64,000 bases of DNA. It comes from a bacterium. Lineage in GTDB: Bacteria; Bacillota; Clostridia; Oscillospirales; Oscillospiraceae. The DNA lies in assembly GCA_029009095.1 (NCBI GenBank), contig JAQXJT010000014.1:2247-66246 (forward strand), written 5' to 3'. The notes beneath the pieces are model-generated. The model was given only the letters and a program-made list of their open reading frames with translations, had not been told where the DNA came from and ran no database searches. Position numbers and translations under genes: made by a program. Shown here piece by piece: positions 17,567-28,300 of the stretch; the first letter of the stretch is position 1, and the number at the start of each line of letters is the position of its first letter.

Positions 17567-18313
17567 ATGAACGAGCACGAACGTCTGTCCCGGCAGCTCC
17601 AGGCGGAACGGCTGCGCTGCAACCGCTCGCAGAGCGCCGCGGCGAAGCTGCTGGGCTGCACCCCACAGGCCATCTCCAACTGGGAGCGGGGCTATACCCG
17701 CATCGACTGCGTCTCCCTCTTCCGGCTGCTGCGCTGGTACGGCACGGACATCCACGCCTTTCTCCGCGCCTGCGGCCTCTGGGAAGGGGAGGACGAAGAG
17801 GAGAGCGGCGAGGGGCGGCTGCGGCGGCTCTACCTTGCGCTGGACGAGCGGGATCGGCAGCGGCTGCTGGACATCGCCGCCGTGCTGGCAGAGGAGGATG
17901 CGCCGCAGAAGGCCACGGAGACCATCCCGCTCTACCGCTTTCTGGCCGCGGCCGGCTACCCCTCTCCCCAACCGGGCGAGGACTTTGACGAGCTGGAGGC
18001 GGATGTCTCCCTCCACGCGGACTTCGCCGCCCGCGTCGACGGGGACAGCATGGAACCGGTGATCCACAGCGGCGAGATCATCTATTGCCGGCGCACCGTC
18101 TCCCTCTCGGACGGGGATGTGGGGCTTTTCTATGCCGGGGACGGCATGGTCTGCAAGCAGTTCTTCCGGGACAGCGAGGGGGGCATCCACCTCTTCTCGG
18201 TGAACCGCGCCCGGGAGGACGCGGATCTCTACTTCCCCGGGAGCTCGTCCATGACCGTGATCTGCTACGGCAGGGTGATCCTCCCCCACCGCATCCCCCT
18301 GCCGCCGGTGTAA
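17567..18313 (+). CDS. CI/LexA-like phage repressor (XRE HTH plus S24 peptidase domain)
   Basis: N-terminal HTH (RSQSAAAKLLGCTPQAISNWERG). C-terminal S24 motif VDGDSMEPVIHSGEIIYC plus a Lys region. Confidence 0.85.
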   Translation: MNEHERLSRQLQAERLRCNRSQSAAAKLLGCTPQAISNWERGYTRIDCVSLFRLLRWYGTDIHAFLRACGLWEGEDEEESGEGRLRRLYLALDERDRQRLLDIAAVLAEEDAPQKATETIPLYRFLAAAGYPSPQPGEDFDELEADVSLHADFAARVDGDSMEPVIHSGEIIYCRRTVSLSDGDVGLFYAGDGMVCKQFFRDSEGGIHLFSVNRAREDADLYFPGSSSMTVICYGRVILPHRIPLPPV

Positions 18314-18390
18314 ACGGGGGGAAAGGATTGATTTCCCCGCCGCCTGTGGTATAATGACATGCAAGACGACTGATCTTTCGGAGGAATTTC

Positions 18391-19236
18391 ATGAAATCAT
18401 TTATGCAGCGCGTGGATCGCTTCTGCGTCCGGCACCCCAACTTCGGCATCCCCCGCCTGATGCTCTATGTGGTCATCGGCAACGCGCTGGTGTTCGTCTT
18501 CTCCCTGATGGACACCACCCATCTCCTTTTGAGCTACCTGGCCTTCTCCCCGGCCCTCATTCTCCGCGGGCAGGTCTGGCGGCTCCTCACCTTTGCCCTG
18601 ATCCCCAACTCCTCCGGGCTCTGGACGCTGATTTTTCTCTATTTCTACTACTATCTGGGCAACACCCTGGAGCGGGTCTGGGGCAGCGCCAAATTCAATG
18701 TGTACTTCTTCTCCGGCGTCCTCTTCACCGTGCTCTACGGCTTTGCGGTCTACTTCCTCACGGGCATCGACCTGCGCGTGAACGCCCATTACATTTACCT
18801 GAGTATGTTTCTGGCCTTCGCCGCCAATTTCCCCGAACAGCAGGTGCTGCTGATGTTCTTCATCCCCGTGAAGATGAAGTGGCTGGCGTGGCTGGACGGG
18901 GCGCTGATCTTGCTGGGCGTGCTCACCGATCCCTTCCCGCTGAACTTGCTGCCGCTGGTGGCGCTGCTGAACTTCCTGCTGTTCTGCGGCGGGGACGTTT
19001 TTCTCCCCGTCCGCCGGCGCAGCCGCGCCGAGCGCCAGACCTTCCGCAACTTCCACCGGGAGATGGAGCAGGCCAACGCCAAGCGCCGCGCCGCGCCTTA
19101 CCGCTTCCGCTGCGAGATCTGCGGCCGCACCGACCTCACCGACCCCACGCTGGAATTCCGTTACTGCTCCCGCTGCCAGGGCTACCATTGCTTCTGCGCG
19201 GAGCATATCAACCACCATACCCACTTCACCGAATAA
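18391..19236 (+). CDS. rhomboid-like polytopic membrane protein with a C-terminal Cys/His zinc-ribbon tail
   Basis: About 6 TM helices (QVWRLLTFALIP, YYLGNTLERVWG). C-terminus CEICG...CSRCQGYHCFCAEHINHHTH. Confidence 0.55.
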   Translation: MKSFMQRVDRFCVRHPNFGIPRLMLYVVIGNALVFVFSLMDTTHLLLSYLAFSPALILRGQVWRLLTFALIPNSSGLWTLIFLYFYYYLGNTLERVWGSAKFNVYFFSGVLFTVLYGFAVYFLTGIDLRVNAHYIYLSMFLAFAANFPEQQVLLMFFIPVKMKWLAWLDGALILLGVLTDPFPLNLLPLVALLNFLLFCGGDVFLPVRRRSRAERQTFRNFHREMEQANAKRRAAPYRFRCEICGRTDLTDPTLEFRYCSRCQGYHCFCAEHINHHTHFTE

Positions 19237-19254
19237 GCAGGAGCGCTGAACGCT

Positions 19255-20514
19255 ATGGCTCAGAGAAAAAAGAAACATTCCATGGAGCGGCAGCTTCGCC
19301 TTCTCAACGGCCTGCTGCTCTCGCTCCTGCTGCTGGTGGCGCTGATCACCGTGGTCTTTCTCCTCCGCGGGAGGCGGAGCGGCGAAGCCCCCGCGCCCAC
19401 CCCGGAGAGCGTCCCCGCCTCCACCTTCGCCCCCCCGTCTCCCACCTTTGCCCCCACCTCCGCCCCGGAGTCCACGCCCACGCCCGCGCCCACGCCCGTC
19501 CCCGAGCCGGAGTATTACACGCTCTCCTTCATCGGCGACTGTACCCTGGCGGCGGACACGGAGAAGAAAAGCTGGGGCATCGGCTTCAACAACGTGGTGG
19601 GCAAGGACTACGCCTACCCCTTCTCCAACACCGTGCAGTATTTCGCCGGTGACTACATGACCATCGGCAATCTGGAGTGCTGTCTCTCCGACCGGACCTA
19701 CTACTCCATCGAGCAGTTCGTCTTTCTCTCCCCCGCCGCCTACGCCAACATCCTCACGGAGGGCAGCGTGGAGTTCGTGACGCTGGCCAACAACCACACC
19801 CGGGACTTCGGCGACGGGGCCTACCAGGATACCTGCGCGGCGCTGGACGCCGTGGGGGTGAACTACGCCGGGGAGGACGAGACGTTCCTCTATCAGCGGG
19901 ACGACGGGGTGAAGATCGGCGTCTATTGCCTCTACGGACAGCTCACCTACAACGCCATGAGTATCCTCTCCTCCTCCCAGCAGGAGACCGTTCTCCGGGA
20001 TGGGAAGGAGAAGGTGCAGAAGGGTCTTGAGGAGCTGCGCCGCCAGGGCGCGGAGTTCACCGTGGCCTGCCTTCACATGGGCCGGGAGGGCTACTACGAG
20101 CCCACCGAGGCGCAGAACGAGCTGTGCCGCTACGCCGCCGACTGCGGCTACGGCCTCGTCTACTGCTCCCACACCCACCGTCTCCAGCCCGTGGAGAGCT
20201 ATAACGGCTCCCTGATCCTCTACGGCATGGGCAACTGGAGCTTCGGCGGCCACACCAACCCCGGCAACGGCAGCGACGCGGGTGCCTATGACACGGGCAT
20301 CGTGCAGCTCACGCTCAAGCGTCAGGGCGCGGAGACCACCATCGACTCCTACACCCTCATTCCCTGCTCCATCTCCTCCCAGAGCGGCGTCAACGACTAC
20401 CGCCCCACCCCCTACGAAGAGGGCAGCCGGGAGTACGAGCGGGCCATGTCCATGTTCTCCGGCACCTACGAGGGAGCCAACTACACCACCGACTACAGTT
20501 TTCTTTACAAGTGA
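19255..20514 (+). CDS. CapA-family (PGA_cap metallophosphatase-like) protein, membrane-anchored
   Basis: N-terminal TM, P/T/S-rich linker, then FIGDCTLA, LANNHTRDFG and CLHMGREG motifs. Confidence 0.8.
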   Translation: MAQRKKKHSMERQLRLLNGLLLSLLLLVALITVVFLLRGRRSGEAPAPTPESVPASTFAPPSPTFAPTSAPESTPTPAPTPVPEPEYYTLSFIGDCTLAADTEKKSWGIGFNNVVGKDYAYPFSNTVQYFAGDYMTIGNLECCLSDRTYYSIEQFVFLSPAAYANILTEGSVEFVTLANNHTRDFGDGAYQDTCAALDAVGVNYAGEDETFLYQRDDGVKIGVYCLYGQLTYNAMSILSSSQQETVLRDGKEKVQKGLEELRRQGAEFTVACLHMGREGYYEPTEAQNELCRYAADCGYGLVYCSHTHRLQPVESYNGSLILYGMGNWSFGGHTNPGNGSDAGAYDTGIVQLTLKRQGAETTIDSYTLIPCSISSQSGVNDYRPTPYEEGSREYERAMSMFSGTYEGANYTTDYSFLYK

Positions 20515-20535
20515 GAGCGCCGCGCAAATATTCTC

Positions 20536-20564
20536 TTGCAATTCCTGTGATAATATGCTATAGT
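20536..20564 (+). promoter_or_regulatory. sigma-A promoter of the rimP-nusA-infB operon
   Basis: TTGCAA-17 nt-TATAGT with an upstream TG (extended -10). Confidence 0.6.
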
Positions 20565-20592
20565 AAGCTGTAGTAAGAAGATAGGTAAGAAA

Positions 20593-20621
20593 AGAGTGGG
20601 TTCCCCCCCACTCTTTTTGTT
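20593..20621 (+). terminator. intrinsic terminator/attenuator in the rimP-nusA leader
   Basis: agagtggg-ttcccc-cccactct followed by ttttgtt. Lies between the promoter and the rimP ATG (20645). Confidence 0.6.
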
Positions 20622-20644
20622 GGGCAAAAGCCCCGAGGAGAACG

Positions 20645-21097
20645 ATGAGCAAGATAACGGATGCAGTCGCGTCCCTGGCCGCCGCACCCGCCGCGGCGCT
20701 GGGTCTGGAGATCTGGGATGTGGAGTTTGTGCGGGAGGCGGGCACGCGCTATCTGCGCATTTATATCGACAAGGACGGCGGCGTGGGCATCGACGACTGC
20801 GTGGCCTTTTCCCAGGCCATGGATCCCCTGCTGGACGAGGCCGACCCCATCGCCGAGAGCTACACCTTTGAGGTCAGCTCCGCCGGTCTGGAGCGGGAGC
20901 TGAAAAAGCCCGCCCACTTTGCGCGCTATCTGGGCTCCCCCGTGGAGGTGCGGCACTTCTCCCCCGTGGAGGGCAGCAAGAGCCACACGGGCACGCTGCG
21001 CGGGTACGATGGGGGCGCGGTGACCATCGAGTGCGGCGGAGAGAGCCGGACTTTTACGAAAGAACAGGTGGCGCAGGTGCGCCTGCGCATGGAATAA
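20645..21097 (+). CDS. rimP: ribosome maturation factor RimP
   Basis: Typical RimP sequence (LGLEIWDVEFVREAGTRYLRIYIDK). Sits upstream of nusA. Confidence 0.9.
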   Translation: MSKITDAVASLAAAPAAALGLEIWDVEFVREAGTRYLRIYIDKDGGVGIDDCVAFSQAMDPLLDEADPIAESYTFEVSSAGLERELKKPAHFARYLGSPVEVRHFSPVEGSKSHTGTLRGYDGGAVTIECGGESRTFTKEQVAQVRLRME

Positions 21098-21127
21098 ACC
21101 CCGAGCATAAGGGAAGGAGACAGATTT

Positions 21128-22192
21128 ATGAACGCGGAATTCTTTGCGGCCATTGCCGATCTGGAGAAGGAAAAGGGCATCAGCGCCGACTATATGCTGG
21201 AAAAAATCCGCCAGGCCCTGCTGGCTGCCTATAAGAAGGACAACCCCGACTGCGGCGAGAATGTGGTGGTGGACATCGACCCCGAGAAGAAGAGCATCGC
21301 CATGTATGTGCAGATGACCGTGGTGGAGCGCATGGAGGATGTCTACGACGCGGAGGCGGAGTTCCCCATTGAGGAGGCCGAGCGCTATGTGAAGCGTCCC
21401 AAGGTGGGCGATGTGGTCAACGTGCCCGTGGAGACGAAGAAGTTCGGGCGCATCGCCGCCCAGGCCGCCAAGCAGATCATCACCCAGAGCATCCGGGAGG
21501 CCGAGCGGGGACACATCTACGACGAGTTCACCTCCAAGGAGCACGAGATCCTCACGGGCATCGTCACCCGGCTGGAGAACAACGGCGGCGTGTCCATCAA
21601 GATCAGCTCCAACTCCGAGTACACCGAGGCCATGCTCTCCCCCTCCGAGCGCATCAAGGGCGAGGAGCTCCGCGAGGGCGACCGGATCAAGGTCTATGTG
21701 GTGGAGGTGCGCCGCTCCCCCGCCCGCGGCCCCCAGGTGTTCATCTCCCGTACCCACCCCGGCCTGGTGAAGCGCCTCTTCGAGCTGGAGGTGCCCGAGA
21801 TCTTCGACGGCACCGTGGAGATCCGCTCCATCGCCCGGGAGGCCGGCAGCCGCAGCAAGATCGCCGTGTGGTCGGCCGACCCCGCGGTGGATCCCATCGG
21901 CGCCTGCGTAGGCCCCAACGGCGGGCGCGTGGGCAGCATCGTGGAGGAACTGGGTGGCGAGAAGATCGACATCGTCAAGTATTCCGAGGATCCCCAGCTC
22001 TTCATCGCCTCCGCCCTCTCCCCCGCCGAGGTGATTTCGGTGGAGCTGCTGGAGGAAGGGCGCAGCGCCCGGGTGGTGGTGCCCGACAGCCAGCTCTCTC
22101 TGGCCATCGGCAAGGAGGGGCAGAACGCCCGTCTGGCCGCCAAGCTCACCGGCTACAAGATCGATATCAAGCCCGCTTCCGCCGCGGAGTAA
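21128..22192 (+). CDS. nusA: transcription termination/antitermination factor NusA
   Basis: NusA N-terminal, S1 and two KH domains ([25 protein letters not shown]). Confidence 0.95.
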   Translation: MNAEFFAAIADLEKEKGISADYMLEKIRQALLAAYKKDNPDCGENVVVDIDPEKKSIAMYVQMTVVERMEDVYDAEAEFPIEEAERYVKRPKVGDVVNVPVETKKFGRIAAQAAKQIITQSIREAERGHIYDEFTSKEHEILTGIVTRLENNGGVSIKISSNSEYTEAMLSPSERIKGEELREGDRIKVYVVEVRRSPARGPQVFISRTHPGLVKRLFELEVPEIFDGTVEIRSIAREAGSRSKIAVWSADPAVDPIGACVGPNGGRVGSIVEELGGEKIDIVKYSEDPQLFIASALSPAEVISVELLEEGRSARVVVPDSQLSLAIGKEGQNARLAAKLTGYKIDIKPASAAE

Positions 22193-22256
22193 ACTTCACA
22201 GGCCCGGCCCTTTTCCCGCCCTGCGGCGGGGAGGCGCGACACAGGGAGGAACCGTT

Positions 22257-22526
22257 TTGCCGAAAAAGATCCCGATCCGGCAGTGTCTTGGCTGCCGGGA
22301 GCAGAAAGCCAAAACCGAATTGCTGCGCGTGGTGCGCTCGCCCGAGGGCAGCGTGTCTCTGGACTTCCGGGGAAAGGCCCCGGGCCGGGGCGCGTATATC
22401 TGCCGGAGCGGGGAGTGCCTGAAGCGCGCGGTGCGCTCCCGGGCGCTGGAGCGTTCTCTGGGCGCGCCCATACCCGAGGAGGTCTACGAGCGCCTCCGGG
22501 AGGAACTGGAGGCAGGGGATGGATAA
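22257..22526 (+). CDS. ylxR: YlxR-family RNA-binding protein (DUF448)
   Basis: TTG start after a GGGAGGA RBS. Motif [19 protein letters not shown]...GRGAYIC. Confidence 0.85.
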   Translation: MPKKIPIRQCLGCREQKAKTELLRVVRSPEGSVSLDFRGKAPGRGAYICRSGECLKRAVRSRALERSLGAPIPEEVYERLREELEAGDG

Positions 22527-22926
22527 GGCGCTTCGCTACCTGGCTCTGGGCAGAAAGTCCGGCAGCGTGGTGCTGGGCGAGGACCGCTGCTGCGAAGCGG
22601 CGGGGGAAGGCAGGATGAAGCTGCTGCTGCTCCCCGCGGACGTCGGCGAGCACACGGAGCGCCGGGCCGGCCGCGCGCTGGAGGGGCGCCGCGCTCTGCT
22701 GCGCCGCCTCCCCTGGAAGCGGGAGGAACTCTCCGCGCTGCTGGGCGGCGGCTGCGCCATGGTCGGGTTCACCGACGCGGGGCTGGCCGCGGTCTTTGCG
22801 CAGAGCATGATGGAAAGTGACAGCGACTGGGAGGAGACCGCGTCGCTGCTTCAATACCGGCGGGACAGGGCCTTGCGCCGCAAAGCCGCCCCGCGCAAGC
22901 ATAAAAATGGGGAAAGAGGAGGATAA
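22519..22926 (+). CDS. L7Ae/L30e-family protein (YlxQ-like) with a basic C-terminal extension
   Basis: [13 protein letters not shown] motif. Conserved position between ylxR and infB. Confidence 0.7.
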   Translation: MDKALRYLALGRKSGSVVLGEDRCCEAAGEGRMKLLLLPADVGEHTERRAGRALEGRRALLRRLPWKREELSALLGGGCAMVGFTDAGLAAVFAQSMMESDSDWEETASLLQYRRDRALRRKAAPRKHKNGERGG

Positions 22927-22930
22927 GCGT

Positions 22931-25321
<2,391 letters not shown>

Positions 25322-25402
25322 TCGTCCCTTCCCCCGCTACGGCGTCAGACCGCATCCGCGCGGACTGGCGCCGTTGGAGAATTTACGCCAAAAGGAGAAG
25401 CT

Positions 25403-25780
25403 ATGGCATCCAATCACATTCAGCGCATCAACGACGATATCCAGTTCGCCCTCGCCACGCTGCTGCGGCAGGTGAAGGATCCCCGGGTCCGGCAGGGCGA
25501 GCTCACCAGCATCGTCCGCTGCGACACCACGGGCGATCTGCGCTACTGCAAGGTCTATCTGAGCGTGCTGGGGGACATTGACGAAAAGGAGTTCAAAAAG
25601 GGGCTCAAGTCCTGCTCCCCCTGGCTGCGCCACGAGCTGGGCGCGGCCCTCTCTCTGCGCTACACCCCGGAGCTGATCTTTGAGCTGGATCACTCCATCG
25701 AACACGGCGCCCACATCAACCAGCTCCTCAGCTCTCTGGATATCCCCTCCGATGAGAGCGGGGACGAGGAGGAAACATAA
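25403..25780 (+). CDS. rbfA: ribosome-binding factor A
   Basis: RbfA pattern (RINDDIQFALATLL...DPRV...VRCDTTGDLRYCKVY). Confidence 0.9.
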   Translation: MASNHIQRINDDIQFALATLLRQVKDPRVRQGELTSIVRCDTTGDLRYCKVYLSVLGDIDEKEFKKGLKSCSPWLRHELGAALSLRYTPELIFELDHSIEHGAHINQLLSSLDIPSDESGDEEET

Positions 25781-26719
25781 ATGCTCACCCGTGAAGAGTG
25801 CTGCGACTTTCTGCGGCAGCACGACGATTACCTGATATTGACCCACATCCGTCCCGACGGCGACACCCTCGGGGGTGCCGCCGCCCTTTGTCACGGCCTG
25901 CGCCGTCTGGGCAAGCGGGCCTGGCTTTTCCCCAACCGGGAGATCACCCGTACCTACGAGGCCATGATCACCCCCTACTACGCCCCCGGGGACTACGCGG
26001 GGCAGACCGTGGTGGCCGTGGATGTGGCCGCCGCGCACATGCTCTGCCGGGGCTTCGAGGGGACGGTGCACCTCTCTCTGGATCACCACCCCCACGGGGG
26101 CGCGTTCTCGGAGCAGTGCCTGGTGGATCCCTCCAAGGCCGCGGGAGGCGAACTCATTCTGGAGATTTTGGACGAGCTGCTGGGCGGCATTGACCGGGAG
26201 GAGGCCGATCTCCTCTATGTAGCCGTCTCCACGGACAGCGGCTGCTTCCGCTTTGCCAATACCACCGCCGATACCTTCCGGGCCGCCGCCCGCCTGACGG
26301 ACGCGGGGGCCCGGATCGCGGAGCTCAACAAGCTTCTCTTCCGCAGCAAGAGCCGCGCGCGGATGCTGCTGGAGGGGGCCATCTGCTCCTCCCTGCTCTC
26401 CTACCGAAACGCGGAGATCAACATCGCCGTGGTCACGCTGGAGATGATGGCCCACGCCGGGGCCGAAGAGGACGACTGCCAGGACATGGCCGACCTGGCC
26501 GGCATGGTCATCGGCAACAAGGTGGCCGTCACGGTTCGGGAGCTGCGCCCGGGCCACTGCAAGATCTCCCTGCGCACCGACGGGAGTGTGGACGCCATTG
26601 CGGTCTGCCGGCGCTTCGGCGGCGGCGGGCACAGGATGGCCGCCGGCTGCGAGATCGACCTGCCCCCCTTCGAGGCCGCCGAGGCCGTTCGACAGGTGGT
26701 GGAGGAGTACTGGCCATGA
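25781..26719 (+). CDS. nrnA: DHH-family phosphoesterase (NrnA-like oligoribonuclease/pAp phosphatase)
   Basis: DHH motifs (HIRPDGDTLG, DHH, GGGH). Conserved operon position. Confidence 0.85.
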   Translation: MLTREECCDFLRQHDDYLILTHIRPDGDTLGGAAALCHGLRRLGKRAWLFPNREITRTYEAMITPYYAPGDYAGQTVVAVDVAAAHMLCRGFEGTVHLSLDHHPHGGAFSEQCLVDPSKAAGGELILEILDELLGGIDREEADLLYVAVSTDSGCFRFANTTADTFRAAARLTDAGARIAELNKLLFRSKSRARMLLEGAICSSLLSYRNAEINIAVVTLEMMAHAGAEEDDCQDMADLAGMVIGNKVAVTVRELRPGHCKISLRTDGSVDAIAVCRRFGGGGHRMAAGCEIDLPPFEAAEAVRQVVEEYWP

Positions 26720-27561
26720 CCGGTCTGCTGCTGATCGACAAGGAGCCCGACTGGACCAGCCACGATGTGGTAGCCAAGCTCCGCGGCGTGCTGGGCGAGC
26801 GGCGCATCGGCCACGCCGGCACCCTCGACCCCATGGCCACGGGATTGCTGGTGGTGCTCTGCGGCCGGGCCACCCGGGCCTCGGAGTACGCCGAGGCCGC
26901 GGAAAAGGAGTATGTGGCGGCCCTCCGCCCCGGCATCGTCACCGACACCCAGGACATCTGCGGCGCCGTCCTCCGCCGGAGCGGCGAGCTCCCCACGGAG
27001 GATGAGTTCCGCGCCGTTCTCCCCCGCTTCACCGGGGTCATCTCCCAGCTCCCGCCCATGTACAGCGCCATCAAGGTGGGCGGGAAGAAGCTCTACGAGA
27101 TCGCCCGCAGGGGCGGCGAGGTGGAGCGGCAGAGCCGGGAGATCACCATTCACTCTCTGGAGTACCTGGGCAGGCAGGGAGAGGACTTCCTGCTGCGCGT
27201 CCGCTGCTCCAAAGGCTGCTACATCCGCACCCTCTGCCACGACATCGGCGCGGCGCTGGGCTGCGGCGGGGCCATGGCCTCTCTGCGCCGCACCCGCTGC
27301 CTCCCCTTTTCGGTGGAGGACGCCTGCCGGGTGGGCGAGGCCGCCCCGGAGCGGCTGCTGCCGCTGGACTCTCTTTTCTCCTCTTCCCCCGCCCTCACGC
27401 TGAACGGCCGGCAGGAGCGGCGCTGCCGCTGCGGCAACGCCTTCCCCCTGGACGGGAGCGACGGGACTTACCGCTTCTACGGCCCCGACGGGAGCTTCCT
27501 GGCCTACGGACAGGTGAAAGACGGGGTCGCAAGCAATATCAAGAGTTTTTTCGAGGTCTGA
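26716..27561 (+). CDS. truB: tRNA pseudouridine(55) synthase TruB
   Basis: GLLLIDKEPDWTSHDVV and HAGTLDPMATG catalytic Asp motif. Confidence 0.92.
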   Translation: MTGLLLIDKEPDWTSHDVVAKLRGVLGERRIGHAGTLDPMATGLLVVLCGRATRASEYAEAAEKEYVAALRPGIVTDTQDICGAVLRRSGELPTEDEFRAVLPRFTGVISQLPPMYSAIKVGGKKLYEIARRGGEVERQSREITIHSLEYLGRQGEDFLLRVRCSKGCYIRTLCHDIGAALGCGGAMASLRRTRCLPFSVEDACRVGEAAPERLLPLDSLFSSSPALTLNGRQERRCRCGNAFPLDGSDGTYRFYGPDGSFLAYGQVKDGVASNIKSFFEV

Positions 27562-27562
27562 A

Positions 27563-28300
27563 ATGACAGAAAAGATCATGGCCTTGGGCTTCTTTGACGG
27601 AGTGCACCGGGGCCACGCGGCCCTCCTCCGCCGCGCCGCCGCCCTGGCCGCCGCGCGGGGACTCCGCAGCGCGGCCATGAGCTTCACCACCCACCCCAGC
27701 GCGCTGCTGCACGGGGAAAGCCTCCCGCTGCTCAGCGGCGTGGCGGAGCGGCGGCAGCTCATGCAGAGCGTGGGCGGGGTGGACGAGACATTGTTCCTGC
27801 CCTTCGACCGGCGGATGCAGTCGCTGCCCTGGGAGCGTTTTCTGGAGGAGCTGACGGAGCAGCAGCAGGTGCGCGGCTATGTGGCGGGCTATGACTACCG
27901 CTTTGGCCGCTTCGGCGAGGGCGACGGAGAGAAGCTCCGGCGCTGGTGCCGGGAGCGGGGTTTGCTGGCGGAGGTGGTGCCCGCCGTGGAACTGGACGGA
28001 GTGGTGGTATCCTCTACCCATATCCGCGCCCTGCTGGAACGGGACGAGCTGGAGGAGGCGCTGCGCTTCCTGGGCCACCCCTATTTGCTCTGCACGGCGG
28101 GAGGCTCGTCTCCCCTCCGCTGGGGCGAGGGCCGTCTTGCCCTGCGCCCAGGCGCCTATCTGGCCCATGTGACGCTGCCCGGCGGCGAGGTACGCGGCGG
28201 CGTCCGGGTGGAGGTGACCCCCCGGGGGGTCGTCCTGCCCTTCGCCACCCCGGAAGGGGAGCTGACTCTGGCCATTACGGGCCGGGCCCATAAGGAGTGA
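27563..28300 (+). CDS. ribF: FAD synthetase (RibF N-terminal domain) with a truncated/degenerate riboflavin-kinase domain
   Basis: FFDGVHRGH nucleotidyltransferase motif. Only 245 aa. No GxPTAN-type kinase motif in the last ~60 residues. Confidence 0.75.
   Translation: MTEKIMALGFFDGVHRGHAALLRRAAALAAARGLRSAAMSFTTHPSALLHGESLPLLSGVAERRQLMQSVGGVDETLFLPFDRRMQSLPWERFLEELTEQQQVRGYVAGYDYRFGRFGEGDGEKLRRWCRERGLLAEVVPAVELDGVVVSSTHIRALLERDELEEALRFLGHPYLLCTAGGSSPLRWGEGRLALRPGAYLAHVTLPGGEVRGGVRVEVTPRGVVLPFATPEGELTLAITGRAHKE

Larger units (their letters stand above)
12285..18313. mobile_element. cryptic prophage remnant (repressor, switch and packaging module only)
   Basis: Contains CI/LexA-like repressor, DUF4406-like, terS, terL, tail-fibre-repeat protein, portal, and a PG-binding-like protein. 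No integrase, capsid, protease, tail, holin or lysin genes. Flanked directly by plsY and a host membrane protein gene. Confidence 0.7.

Noticed and set aside
12285-18313. Interpretation as an intact prophage, PICI or capsid-forming satellite
   Set aside because: It has no integrase, replication, capsid, protease, tail or lysis genes, and I could identify no att-like direct repeats. I report it as a remnant and leave the domestication question open.
18397-20745. 782-aa minus-strand ORF (the longest in the area)
   Set aside because: It is antisense to the rhomboid-like and CapA genes, both of which have clear motifs. The translation is Gly/Ala/Val/Arg low complexity with no RBS context.
22817-22930. 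N-terminal extensions of track ORFs (infB from 22817; likewise upp from 32057, plsY from 12269, terL from 16974, rpe from 46239, oppB from 57736, the M29 peptidase from 57722, and pepV from 60734)
   Set aside because: Internal starts have proper GGAGG-type RBSs and give canonical N-termini. The extensions overlap upstream genes or are Arg/Gly-rich junk.
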